NCBI RefSeq assembly: GCF_001194135.2
Contig: NC_068984.1
Span: forward strand, 68,926,629 to 68,985,404
Origin: Octopus bimaculoides
Lineage: Eukaryota
Length of the DNA stretch: 58,776 bases
Direction: 5' to 3'
The translations under genes were made by a program, and so were the position numbers. Under the pieces are notes generated by a model. That model searched no databases, was not told where the DNA came from, and saw only the letters and a program-made list of their open reading frames with translations. Positions 13,170-26,807 of the stretch are shown here, in pieces (the first letter of the stretch is position 1; every line of letters starts with the position of its first letter).

Positions 13170-13916
13170 TTTAATCGTTTTGCGGTCCAGCTATGCAAAC
13201 GACTTCTGCATAACACCCTAAGAGAGTACGTTCTTAAACAGTAGAAGCAATCTCACCTCAGCCCTAGATGAACTTTTCTATTACCAACACAACCATTTAC
13301 ATAGAAACATTGAGAAGACTCGTGTCTTTTTGTTCCATCTCAGGAATCGCCAAGCCAACCGACCTCGTAATCTAATCTCAATTAGTCCGGAACAGTCTGC
13401 AGCATAGTAACAATTATGTTTACCTTGGAATATTCCAGCACTGTTCTCTCCCACTCTGTTTTAAGAATCAAGTGAAAAAATAAAGGAAAAAGGTGATTTT
13501 TGCAATAACATCGTACAGAAACTGGTAAACTCCAAATGGTGGGTTTACTACTCGTTTTTGTACCATTCCTCTGCAGGGTGTGACTATTCTGTCTGGGAGA
13601 GATCAACTCATGCCAAGAAACTTGACCCAGCCTTTACCAACACTAGTTGCTTCATCATTTGTTGCTTGAAACCCACCAATACAAACAACCTGCACCTCAA
13701 CGCTAGCATTGCTCCTGGAGATAGACGGTAAGTGGCCAGTCAAATCTACATGAAAAAGTCTACTAGTATTAAACTCCACTTCTTCCACGAACATCAACCT
13801 CTAGTACAAAGACTGAAGTCAAAAAGAAACTTCCACAGCCATGTCCAGCACCTAGAGACAGCTCAGTCAGAAACCAACTTTAGCTCTAGATGGAAAAGCT
13901 TGAAAACGCCCAACCA
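13170..13916 (+). mobile_element. Vingi/Ingi-like LINE remnant, RT C-terminal part (pseudogene)
   Basis: Translation gives YANDFCIT (YADD), EKTRVFLFHLRNRQANR, YVYLG, NNIVQKLVNSKW, VWERSTHAKKLDPAF, CLKPTNTNNLHLNASIAPGDRR. These are motifs I recognise from Vingi/Ingi-group RTs. Stops and frameshifts present. Confidence 0.72.
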
Positions 13917-14460
13917 CTCAGTGTATCAAAAAATGTGTTCTGATTGAAAGTTTGTTGACAAAACAGCTTTAAAAGAATATATGGATTGGTAAGATGATTA
14001 TGCTATGGATGGTAAGTATCGAGGTTCATGTTGAAAGAAGTATCATTCTATCTCTTTATACTGCTAATGTAGTCTCCATGGTCGGTTACACTTGCCTTTG
14101 TCCTCAAGATTTCAACGGTTATTCAGTTGATGAACCTACATGTATAAATATATACATCGTTCTATATGGATCTGCATATATACACACCAATATATACTCA
14201 TACAGATCTCACACACATATACATCTATATACATACTCATGCTCAGACATACACACATACATATACATAGATACACAGACACGCGCTAATCTAACTGACC
14301 ACGAAGAATAAATAATCAATACAAAATTGAATGGTGCTCCCTCTAATATGAAGCTCAATACTCCCTATCCATAGCATAGCCACCCTCCCACTCCATCTAT
14401 ACTTTGAAAGCAGTTTCATCAACAGAGTTTCAAACATAGCACATTTTTTGGTACACCGAG
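13917..14460. mobile_element. MITE / fold-back element with ~180-bp TIRs (Tc1/mariner-type ends)
   Basis: 13917 ctcagtgtatcaaaaaatgtg... is the reverse complement of ...cacattttttggtacaccgag 14460. Arms stay alignable to about 14100 and 14285 (58/79 identical in one block). TA follows the right end; the left side has CA. Confidence 0.85.
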
Positions 14461-14462
14461 TA

Positions 14463-14665
14463 CTACTACATGACAAGCCGTGACAGACAGAAGTGATGTG
14501 CTCGAAGCCTGGAATTTGAGTTTGTGGAACAGAATCAATATTTGTATATCATTTAGAGAAACACAAAAAGATTTCATAATGCAAGGAAACGGTTACATAA
14601 CCAAATACATGCGAGCCGGGAGAACTACGTCGCGTGGAAACATTTGTAATGATTACAAATAAATC
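14463..14665 (+). mobile_element. Probable continuation of the Vingi-like LINE (C-terminal zinc-knuckle remnant)
   Basis: KDFIMQGNGYIT, NTCEPGE (other frame) and NICNDY resemble the WGY..CECG..HIxNDC terminus of this group. Confidence 0.45.
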
Positions 14666-15987
14666 TTCTGCACTCCTTCTTGTTGACACCAACTCATTCA
14701 ATTATCCATTCACACACTACAGAAGCTCCAACGCATATCTAGCAACACGTATAATACTACTGCTGGATAACATCGGGTGAAATATGAAGGTGGACGAGCT
14801 TTATTCTGTACTCTACTACGTTCTTAACAGAATATAACTCAACCAATGTGTGTGTGTGTGTGTATGTGTGTGTGTGCATACATATATACAAACGAACAAA
14901 ACACAAGCATATAAGGTAGCAAAATGCGAGAGTTTTAGAACATTAAATAGAATGCCTTATTATTGCTATTGTTTCGGGATATCTGTGATATCTCAAATAA
15001 CTCTTTCTGTTCTCGAGGCAACAGGTTCGACGACACTTTTGTCAAGCTGTATAAGCTTTGCCTGTTTTTAAGTATACTTTACAGCAACTGCTAGCCTTTT
15101 ATACACACCAAAGATAACTTGTTCAATGTTAAAAGACCTATCATATGATCGAAGGAGGCTCTACGCACATGATTCCTTCAGCCAGTCGTCCTTAATTTAC
15201 CATCGTTTCTTATTCACCTTCTTCAGCATATTGCTTTGCAACCTCTCCAGTGATAAAATGCAGCTAGTACACATTGTAAATTGACTAGTGTTGCATCCCA
15301 ACCCAAACTGAAACGTACGAGGAAAACGAGTTCGTGAGAGATGTCTGAGAGGTCCGTACCTCCATTTAAGTGTTGACATTTAAACAGTGATAACCCATTC
15401 GATTTATGCTAACGCGTGGAGCGACATTAAAATGTTACTGTTATTGATGAAATATATATATATATACAATGTTCATAATTCACCTTTACAATTGAAAAAT
15501 TCAGAAAAAAAAATGAAAAATTGGGATAACAATTACAATTCTATGAGAAATATCAGAACACCTATTGTGGGTTCCACTGGTTGTAGGTAACACATCTAGG
15601 CGATATGATACAATAAATTGTGGAAGCTGTAATTCATTAATATCTTGTATGTATTTCCTGCTCCCTAAACTACTCTTCCTCTCTGTTTTTGTTTTCCCTC
15701 TTATTCTCAAAGCCCTTCAGCATCTCCCTATTGTTTTCACAACAAGCGATTCATTTTTCACTCTTTCTTATTTTTCTTTCTAGCCCTTTCTCTTGATTTG
15801 GCAGCACTTATATTTCTCACTTCTTCACACAGCTCCTCTGCACGCTTTCACCACCATTGTGGGACAGTCTCCAAATTATTTGCTCCTATTCTGCCTTTTT
15901 CAGAAGTCAAACGTTCTTTAATTCTTGTTTTCCTTCTTTTCATAATACACGTGCACACACGTGTGCGCACACATACGCATACGCACA

Positions 15988-16040
<53 letters not shown>

Positions 16041-16053
16041 GCANNNNNNNNNN

Positions 16054-16112
<59 letters not shown>

Positions 16113-16512
16113 GCATATATGAAACTTGGCGTACATAAACTGATAAATAATTGCAAGTATATATTTTAAAAAATCCCTTGGTTAGAAATAGTTGTAGGCT
16201 GCCTGTGGAGGTCGAACTCCCATAATTTGTAGACATGACAAATGTTTTGCCTTTGACGTTTTCTACTACGTATTTTAGAAACTTCATTCTTAGCAGCGAG
16301 AATTGTATGCCATTGACGACATAAGAATTTATAAACATCGAGAGAAGGAAAAACATCGATTTTGAACGGCGAAACTGGGAGGAGATGAAACTATAAATAG
16401 TAGCGTGCAAATATGAGCATACAAAACCTTTTGAATACAAAACATCCAAAGCTGTCCACACAAACATCCAGTAAATACGCAGACGTTCTACCATCAGACC
16501 AAAGGAATGACA

Positions 16513-17242
16513 CTCAAGGCGCATTGCAGAAGATTTGAAGCGTATCAGGAGAGACATTTATTAATTTCAAAGAAGCACAAAACGTTAATCTCGTTCAAAC
16601 TAGGATATTCTGTCTTCAATGCATTTGCTGTGGCACTCCAGCCACTTTGTGAAGGCACTATGAAAGTCCTCCAAAGTGAAGGTATTTAGGACTTTTGTCA
16701 CAACCTCCTCATTTTCTCCTTCAGCTCAGAGAACAACTGTAGGAAGGGTGAGAAATTGATTCAGTTTTGATGTCAATTTTTGCCAAGTAGTTGATTTCTT
16801 GGATTGAATTATGGATTTGTGCATTCTCCTTGTGCGGATGCCACCAATCCAGGTGGAAGAGCTGTAGACTTTTGCAACGAAATCGCTTCCTGAACTCCTT
16901 CAAAATGTTCACAAAGTGCTCTCTCTTGAACGTCTGGCGAGAGGGGACCCAGTGGATGTAGGCGACACCCTCGCTATCGAAAAAGGGGTCACCATGAGCT
17001 TACGGGGAACTTGCTTTGCCTAACCTCTTGTGCCAGGGGAAGACTGGTGCGCGAATCATAAACGTTAATCTATAAGCACTCTGGAGCATTTCATAAGTCA
17101 CTTTACCCTTTTTGCCCAGTTTAACGCAAAACTTTATTGCATAGCGACCAGTTGTCTTCATGACCCGGATACATTCGAACAAGAGCAACGATCATTTATA
17201 TTTGCCGGTCTGCGATATCTAGGATATCTAGATGCACCGTCG
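16513..17242 (-). mobile_element. Internally deleted mariner element
   Basis: N-terminal RYAIKFCVKLGKKGKVTYEMLQSAY..VFPWHKR is fused to KLMVTPFFDSEG..VNILKEFRKRFR..HKENAQIHNS..HPSYS and the C-terminal VTKVLNTFTLEDFHSAFTKWLE. The WVPH region and first catalytic D are missing. Ends approximate. Confidence 0.85.
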
Positions 17243-19011
17243 TTTAATCTAGGGAAAAAAGAAAAACTATCATAGATTGGCATGAGTGACGTTGAGTGAG
17301 GGGGGTGTTACCTTCAGAACATAGAGAAAAGGAATGGGAAGACATAACGCAAGACACCTCTCGCCAATGTTCTAATAATTCCACAAATCTAATGCCATGG
17401 GTTAGTCCTTTATTTATCAATCACCGAAAGGATGATAACTAGCTTTGATCTTGGTTGGATTTTATCATTCTATTTGACGTTTTACCGACTCTACCAATTC
17501 AACTCCGTATCTGATTGAATATAGGATTGTTTAGTCCTAACTGTGATAATGATTTGATCGAGGTTGACCAACAGTTAAACAGCTATTCTCATAATTATAC
17601 TTCTTGTACGATTTGTCATAAAATTGAGTGTTTCAATTCTATTATCAATCTGATTTACGTTAAAACATTATCAACTTGAAGGTGTCTTTTTAATTTATCC
17701 TGAAACGAACTAACGCTGTTCTGCCAATTTCACTAACTAGTAGCTTTTTATCCACCGAAATATATGAAGCTAAGAATGTTTGTCTGGATTCAGACGTTTT
17801 GTGAAAGAGATAATATAGTCGACAGAATGAATCCCAGTATCGTACAAGCTCTTAATTTATCTACCGTAGAACGACGGAAACTAATGGTGATTTTCAATGA
17901 AATCTGAATTTATGACATGGAAAAATTAGAATATGAACTATTGAGTATTTAGTCATAAGAGCTACGCCTCTTTTCCATATGACACTTGTTATGTTTCTTA
18001 AATATTTAAATATGAAAAACTCAGATTTCTTGTTCACGAAGTAAAGAACATATTATTGGCTGAAGTGTTGATATGTTACACACCAACACTGCAAGTACAG
18101 TAGACTGTTTATAGCTGAAGTACTTAATACCGGATATTTTATTACTTAATATGTCAAACATTGGACTATCTTAGTCATTTCCAGCATCCTAAAGTATTGC
18201 TAAATTCATAATATATCGTTTTGTTGACTATAAATTAGAAGTTCTGTATGAAACAGATGTACGGTTTGACATATATACATCGGCGTATTAATCTTGAAAT
18301 ACATAAATCTGATCTGAGTAACATCTAATTTGCAAACCACCATTGAACAAAAAAGTTGTTTATCCATATCTGAAGTGTTAACATCTTCCAACAAATGATG
18401 CAATGTTGCATTGATTGCTTTGGTATTCAAATACGATATATAATTTATGATATCGTAGCCACAATAAAATATATTCAGCAAAGTCATTCTCAAAATTTTC
18501 AATAGGTGTTCTCTTTCATTGCTCACATTATTGTAGCAGTCACAGCTGTTAATAAGAAATGACCTGATCTAATAAAGTAATAAAGTGAAGGTTTTATAAT
18601 ATTAGGCTATCCCAGGTTGATGAGCTGTCAGATATGATGGAGCGTCGGAAAATTTGCTTTACGGAAATGGTTCCGAATTTTTGCGTTCTTAATTCAAACT
18701 GCACAGAAGTTAACTTTGCGATTCATTTTTTTCGAGATCGATAAAATAAATTCATTTGGACAACCCTCTTCTGTTCTAAAAACTGCTGACATTGTGCTTA
18801 AATTATAAAAATATTATTCAAATTCCATCAGTGTATTTGTGGGAACTAACGTTACTATTTAGTTTAGAGCTCCACGTAGATTATCCAGTCTGCTTCCAAC
18901 ATAGTGAAATGTGCGTTGGAACAAATCATATAAACTTGTTCTCATAATTTTTCCCCACCTCTCACTTTCTCTCTTAATACGCACAGACACACAGACACAC
19001 ATGCACACACA

Positions 19012-19089
<78 letters not shown>

Positions 19090-19684
19090 CAAACACACAC
19101 ACACACTATTAATTTCAGATGGCTTGACACATATAAACTTAACACTGGAGTTATAGAGCCAAATATATGCGAAAGCCCTATCTAGGCTGGTGCTAATAGT
19201 AAAAAATAACTCTCTTACCTCACGAAAAGCGTACATGCCACTTTATTGACATTTGTGGCTTATAACTACTAATAAACGAACTCTATAAATTTGCATGCAA
19301 CACACGGCCCCAGAGAATTCCTCCGTTCCACAGTCATTTCTTTAAATTAAATGGAATATTAACGTAAATAGAGCATCATTTGCTATTAATTTTTGATTCA
19401 TATTAAATCGCAATTTACGATGCGTTTTATCTTCTGTTAATGGTTTCGAATGGGCCTGTCACTGCCTCAGGGAATTTTTGGCAGTGAGGTATGCTAAGAA
19501 GCTTCGGAAACTTATAGCAAAAGAAATATGTTAAAGGGCTTTATCGAAAAACAATTGTTTTCCGTTTACCTAACCAATGAAAATCAGCAAAAGATATACC
19601 GATTCCATCCATCCTCAACATGTGTATGTATAAATATGTGTATTTACATACATATATACATGTGTGAAAACACACATTCGCACT

Positions 19685-19738
<54 letters not shown>

Positions 19739-19861
19739 TGCATATATGTAAATACGTGATACCTGAAACTCGATTAACAGCATTGGCACAACTTGACTAT
19801 TTTTCTCTTAAACATATAGGGTAGGAACTTCCACATTTTTGCAGAGATGTGGCTATGGCAG

Positions 19862-20009
19862 CACTAGCGTAGCTAGAGTGAGTGCCACCCGGAAGAGCCA
19901 TTCCGTTTTCCACCCCCGGACTCCACAAAAAAAAAATATTGCCAACAGCAGACCTAAAAGTGCCGCCCGGGGTGGACCACCTCTTACCGCTCTACTAGCT
20001 ATGCTAGTG
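19862..20009. mobile_element. 148-bp GC-rich MITE-like element
   Basis: 15-bp TIR cactagcgtagctag (19862-19876) / ctagctatgctagtg (19995-20009) with 1 mismatch. No TSD found. Confidence 0.55.
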
Positions 20010-20477
20010 ACGACAGGTACTTCTTGCAACAAGTGTTCTTATGAAATGACAGATCCTTGATTGAGGGTGTAAGCAGTCATCAGTTAGAAAGAGAGGCAAC
20101 TGTATTGGGCAATTACATGATTGAAGAATATATTAAGGAATTAATTAACTCGTAGAGGTAATGAAATCATATATAGTCTGCAAATATTTTCGTATATGAA
20201 TGTTATAGTTTAGCATACGTTACCTCAATCTGTCCGAAAGGAATACATGGATCACGTGAATTCGTTACACGTTAGCATGTTTTACTAAGGAAGGCTTCTG
20301 GGTTCAAATTGGTTGGTAGTTTTATTAAGAATTGGGTAAGAAGTGGGCAAGTCGTGGTAAAATTTTGTTTCAGTTGGTTTATTAGGAACAAAAATAGAAA
20401 TGTCGTGGCGATCGATAGTGACAGAGAGAACGTGAGAGATAGAGAGAGGGGGGAGAGGGAGGGGAAAAGAGAGGGAG

Positions 20478-20531
<54 letters not shown>

Positions 20532-21204
20532 ATATGAAAATAACAAAAATATCCGAGAAGTGCATTCAAAGGTTCAAAGACAGCTGAACATTGTGAGTGT
20601 GAAAGGAATTATAGCAATATATTCATTGCCGGGGATTATAGTAATGCCGGCTCAGTCATCGATATAAATACTTCGCAGTTCCATGTTGGGCTCAAAGAAC
20701 TGAACTAAAATTTGGGTCTGAATAAGATCTACGAAAAGTTTCGCATAATAATGGCTAATCTATATAACCATAGTCACTCTGAAGGAGGAGATTATTGTGG
20801 TGTATGTCAGCTCCAGTTAAGCGGAAAAGTGTGGTAGTACAAGATAGAAGTAAGGAACAGATGCTAAAGAAATATTTTAGGACCAATTTGGCTGATAGGT
20901 TCGTAGTGAATAAGAGATATGAGAGAAGAAATATTACTTCAATGTGTTAAGCAGTTCTGTATTTTCCTTTAAACTAGGGCAGAACACTGACAGAGGAAAT
21001 AATGACATAAGTTTATCAAGGTAGCTGAAGTGGAGTGCAGTGGTTCAACAACATCATGGATAACAAGGAACCCAGAATAGTTGGGCTTGAGCAACTTAGG
21101 AAGGAAGAATATCTATTCAACGCACGCGTACCGCCAACTACTCGTCCGCACACACTCACACATAGACAAACACATATACACATAACACAAATACATGTAT
21201 TGAT

Positions 21205-21395
21205 ATAGGTTTCAAATTTTGGCACAAGGCCAGCAATTTAGTGGGAGAGGATAAGTCGATTAGATCGATCCCAGTGTTCAATTAGTAATTATTTATATCG
21301 ACCCTTGAAAGGATGAAAGGCAAAGTCGACGGAATTTGAATTCAGAACGTAAATATGAACGAAATGCGGCAAAGCATTTTACCCGGCGTGTTAAT
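21205..21395 (-). mobile_element. SINE family A copy
   Basis: Reverse complement aligns with 1192-1330 and with the tail variant at 53496-53710. Confidence 0.8.
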
Positions 21396-23031
21396 ATATG
21401 TATTGATATTAATAGTAGAATGTTTAGGAGATTGACAATGATGAAATAAGTATATTGTGTCAAAGGAAAATATCTGTACTTCATAATAGGCTGCTAGAAT
21501 CGGACGCCTTTCTGTTGAACCCGTCCGCAGCTATCTTTATTTCATGTGCAATAACAGTCAGGAAGTCTCCAAATCATTAGCTAGTGTTTTCAATTTATCA
21601 CGTGTTTCTTTCTATCATTTCTCTGCGCGGGGTAGCACCTGACATCAGAAGCCAATCTCTATCAGTAACCACAAAGAGACAAACCACATCTTTCCTCCAG
21701 GCACATTCTACTCCACCAATATTAATTAACAACTCATGTTGTACAAAACCGCCTCAACACTTAACTAACTATTTCTTCAATGTCAGGTCTGTTTTAACAG
21801 CTAATACTCCACTATTTATTAGACAGACAACTTATATAAACATACAAAGGCTTGTGTTTGTTTATATCTGTCTTAATTTACACTTGTATAGATAGGCCTG
21901 TTTGTACGTATTTCACGTGGATGTATGCAAATACAAGTGTCTACATGCATATGCACACGTGTAAGTTTATATATAAATATACATACAAACATGCCCATAC
22001 ACATACATACATATAAATATAGATTTACATTAATACCATTATATATATATGAGTGTATATTTGGATATTTGTATAGATATATATACGTGACTATGACTTG
22101 TGAAATATGTGTGCAGTTTTCTGAGTGTGTTCGCATTGTTTGGATATCTATGTACGCTTGTATCTGCATAAGTAATTAGATACATGCATATGTATGTATG
22201 TATGCATGTATGCATGTATGCATGTATGTATGCATGCACGTGTGTTTATATGTCTGCATAATGTTTACCTAACATTGCCGTTTCCCCTTCGCTCAATGCT
22301 CATCAAATCTGCTGGTCCTTTTTTCTCATCGCTTTGACCATTCTTCTTCGATTAACGCTTGTTACTTTTCCTACTCCTTCTCTTTCTATTTCCTTCCCAA
22401 TTTTTGCTTCCTTCTCTTCTTATTCATCACTTCTTCCTTACGGCATAAAACTTATTCCGATGTTTCTATGATTTTTTTCCCCCCTGTGATATTACTTGTC
22501 GATGTAGAACATTACTAGTTTACACAGATTCAGGTCTTGTTTTATAAACGCAATTTACTTCTTCTCTGAACTAGTCACAGCTGGAAATTTGGAATGCAGA
22601 TTCCCTTTACTCGTAGTTTACCCTTCTCCGACTCTCCCCGAACACACACATACGTGCATGTACATACGTACATCAATATTCACTTACATATACATGAATA
22701 CATATAAATAGTTTCATATTATGTATGTGTATATATGTATATGTGTGTGTTAGATCNNNNNNNNNNNNNNNNNNNNNNNNNNNNNNNNNNNNNNNNNNNN
22801 NNNNNNNNNNNNNNNNNNNNNNNNNNNNNNNNNNNNNNNNNNNNNNNNNNNNNNNNNNNNNNNNNNNNNNNNNNNNNNNNNNNNNNNNNNNNNNNNNNNN
22901 NNNNNNNNNNNNNNNNNNNNNNNNNNNNNNNNNNNNNNNNNNNNNNNNNNNNNNNNNNNNNNNNNNNNNNNNNNNNNNNNNNNNNNNNNNNNNNNNNNNN
23001 NNNNNNNNNNNNNNNNNNNNNNNNNNNNNNN

Positions 23032-23099
<68 letters not shown>

Positions 23100-24065
23100 T
23101 GTGTACATATAAATATACATATATATATGTATACAAGTTTTTATCATACTCTTCTTATGTTTATTTTCTTGTGTTCATTTATCTTGCAGAGAGTAGGCTC
23201 GAAATGTAAACGATTTCTTACTTTTCCCGAGCGTCAAACTAATGCACATGCTTGTTGTTCATACATCCGTCTTCGTCTTTTGTTTTTCTATAAATTTTAT
23301 TCTATATACATATATGTACATATATGTATACATGCGAATCATATATACACTGTAACGAGATGCATATATGCATCATGATTGATCTCAGTGCGATGTTTTC
23401 CGCAAAAGTGCTCAACAAATGTTCATATAAATTACAAGTTATTTGGGTTTTCTTAATGAAATCTGTGCTGTGAAAGAATGAACGCAGTGACTTTGTTCGT
23501 CTTCTTAGCTTGCCGCATGTCATCTACTACATAATAATCTCTTTCGACAGCTGTATCTTTGATCTCTAATCCCTGTGTGACTACAAGTCAGAGAAGGTTA
23601 GATATTAACTGTCCAGTACAAAGGAATATCCTACAAAATAGGTACATTTTATATCTATCCAATTGGAGCGAACTTTCGAGAAAAGACTATCTTCAAATAT
23701 TAACCATTCAATTTATTTTCTTGAGGTATTCATAATCGATAAGAAGGTATATACATACTCAACATGTGAGCAACATAATTAATTCTTGCGTGGAAATTTT
23801 CATCAAAATACTATATAGATTTTCAGATAAATTACAAATTATCTTTTGTTTCAACAGTATCCATACAGTTTATACATATACACATATACACACACAAATA
23901 TATTATGTATACACATAATGTATAAGCTACATTATCATTTTCCTGCGATAGACACTGGATGAGCGAAACATGTGGGAACGGAAGCTAAATTTTAATATAC
24001 CTAAATGCTAAATAAAATACTAAGCCTGTGATTTTCTCTTAACTTTTCGAAAAATGTTTACATCG

Positions 24066-24225
24066 CAGTGAGGTAAGAAGCTTGCCTTCTAGTCATATGG
24101 TTCAGGGTTCAGGACTCAGGGTTCAAACCTACTGTGTGGCGCCTTTCAGCAAGCATCTTTAACTATACCTTGGAACCGACCAAAGCCCTGTGAGTTGATT
24201 TGATAGACAGAAGTTGAAAGAACAT
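24066..24225 (+). mobile_element. SINE family B, 5' half
   Basis: gtgaggtaagaagcttgcc...gaccaaagccctgtgagttgatttgatagacagaagttgaaaga matches 36805-36945. Confidence 0.7.
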
Positions 24226-25134
24226 GGAGGGGAATATGAGGTAGTCATCAACTTGCAGACACTATATTCCGTTGATTAATCTGTTTATTTTATAACCAAA
24301 ATGACAAAAAGACAATATACAGACACTTATGACATACCATGTTATATCAACAATTAAGATTTCAAATTTAATGGACATCTAGCAATTGGAGAAGGAACAC
24401 ACACGTATATATATATATATATATNNNNNNNNNNNNNNNNNNNNNNNNNNNNNNNNNNNNNNNNNNNNNNNNNNNNNNNNNNNNNNNNNNNNNNNNNNNN
24501 NNNNNNNNNNNNNNNNNNNNNNNNNNNNNNNNNNNNNNNNNNNNNNNNNNNNNNNNNNNNNNNNNNNNNNNNNNNNNNNNNNNNNNNNNNNNNNNNNNNN
24601 NNNNNNNNNNNNNNNNNNNNNNNNNNNNNNNNNNNNNNNNNNNNNNNNNNNNNNNNNNNNNNNNNNNNNNNNNNNNNNNNNNNNNNNNNNNNNNNNNNNN
24701 NNNNNNNNNNNNNNNNNNNNNNNNNNNNNNNNNNNNNNNNNNNNNNNNNNNNNNNNNNNNNNNNNNNNNNNNNNNNNNNNNNNNNNNNNNNNNNNNNNNN
24801 NNNNNNNNNNNNNNNNNNNNNNNNNNNNNNNNNNNNNNNNNNNNNNNNNNNNGGGTAAAACTCTTTTACAAGAATTTTATCAAGAAGCCAGTGTGTAAAA
24901 GAATTCATAAGGGAAATTTTTATTCCCAAGACTATAATTATTCGTTTATATTTATATAAAGGGCATTATTACAGAAAAATAATAACACCACACAGTCGAT
25001 ACACAATTAAGTTTATTTTCAAAGAAAGTTGGTCATCTTCTGTTGGTTGTTTTTTCCTCGCATTAGGTACTAAATGTGGTTATTTTGAGAAGTACACTGT
25101 GTGGCGTTATTATATATATATATATATATGTTGG

Positions 25135-25265
25135 TGTGCGTGTCTGCGTGTGTCTGTGTTTATACCCCTCCCACCGCTTGAAAACTAGTGCTGGTGTGTT
25201 TTCGTCTCCGTAACTTAGCGATGCGACAAAATGAAACGATGCCATAAGTACCAGGCTTATCAAAA
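25135..25265 (+). mobile_element. SINE family B, 3' half fragment
   Basis: accgcttgaaaactagtgctggtgtgttttcgtctccgtaacttagcg matches 37035-37120. Confidence 0.7.
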
Positions 25266-25394
25266 ATATATACTTGTGTTTAATGATTGAAACAAATGAA
25301 TAATAAAGATAAACAATTGTTTTAATGTTATTCGTTCATATAATGATTATACGGAGATTAATCAGTTTTCAATACATACATACGTACATACATA

Positions 25395-26678
25395 CGAAGG
25401 TGGGCTGAAAAGTTTATAGGCTGACTATGAAGGAGTGAAGCCAGAGCTGTGAAGTCTTGCATGAGTTAATTTTAATTATTTGTATTAACAACGACGTTGT
25501 TTCATTCCAGGAAAACTAACATCTAACTGTTCAAAGAAAACTTGAAATGTAACAAGTAGCGACTTCTCTTGAAGACGGGCAAAATTTCGTAGCTTGGTTT
25601 TATAACGTACCTGCAGAAAAAGGGTTTAGTCCCAAAGACATTCATGCTGACATAGTTGCTACATTAGGGGTGGTGCTCTAACGTCATAAACAGCGCAAAT
25701 GTGGGTTGGTGAATTTAGTAGAAATGAGAGTCTTGAAGATGACCCAAGGTCTGGACTTCGTGCAACTGCCGCCACCAAGAAAAGCATTGGTCGTGTTCAC
25801 CACATTTTGATGTATGACAGGCGTTTGACTATAGATCAAATAACCAAGGCTATTAGCATATCCAGTGAGAGAGTTGAGAATATTCTGCTCAGTGAACATA
25901 GCATGACGAAGGTTTCTGCTTAGTGAGTACCACGTCTTCTAACACCTGATAAAAAGAACACCAGGCTGATCACATCTGACATTGTTTGTGGCAGATTCAG
26001 CTTATTTTCTTGAACGTTTCCTAACCCAGGGTAAGTGTTGGCTTCATTGCTTTGAGTCAGAGATAAAGAGACAATGCATTCAGTAGAAACACCCATTCTC
26101 ACTTGGCTTAAGAAAGCCAAGACTGTTTCATCTGCAGGGAATGGGATCGCCACAGTCTTTTTTGGATGCAAGAAGCATTGTGTTTATTGACTACCTTCAG
26201 GAGGGCCACACCATCAAAGGAGAATATTATGCAAGGTTGCTGACGTAGTTCGAAAAGACTGTCTAAACCAAACGTCAAGGAAAACTGACGAAAGGGGTCT
26301 TGTTTCATCTGGGCAATGCTCCAGCACACAAGTCCTTGGTTTCAGTGGCTGCTATAAGGTACTGTTTCTTTGAACTGGTTGATCACCTTCCTTATTCTCC
26401 TGATTTGATCCCATCTGACTATCATCTGTTCCACAATATGAAAGAAAAAACATTGACTGGGAACTAGTATCACATTGATGATAATGCCGTACGTGCTGTT
26501 GATGATTTTTGGACCAATAGAATGAAAGCATCTTCACCAATGGGATGATGCACTGCAACACAGTTGGAATAAATGTGTGGCTCCTAAGAGTGACTATGTC
26601 GAAATATAAACCTCATTATGCCTGGCACATTCCGTGGGAGTATCTTGGTCAGCCTATCAACTTTTCAGCCGCCCCTCG
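25395..26678 (+). mobile_element. Full-length (1284 bp) mariner DD34D element with dead transposase
   Basis: TIRs cgaaggtgggctgaaaagtttataggctgac / gtcagcctatcaacttttcagccgcccctcg. TA at 25393-25394 and 26679-26680. Motifs EDDPRSG, **VPRLL (WVPRLL), FLTQGKCWLH, HLGNAPAH, PYSPDLIPSDYHLF. Confidence 0.95.
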
Positions 26679-26807
26679 TACATATTTTTACATACATACA
26701 TGTATGCATGCATCCATTCTACTATCCAGCTAATCCATCCATCCGTACGCACACAAACATACATACACGCATACATACATATTATATTTATATATATATA
26801 TATGTAC

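Noticed and set aside
18206-18560. 106-aa minus-strand ORF with an upstream acceptor-like site
   Set aside because: No recognisable motif, and no convincing donor that gives a sensible exon. Compatible with chance.
24066-25265. Treating the two SINE B halves as one interrupted element
   Set aside because: They are separated by unique sequence on both sides of a gap with no TSD evidence, so they were left as separate fragments.
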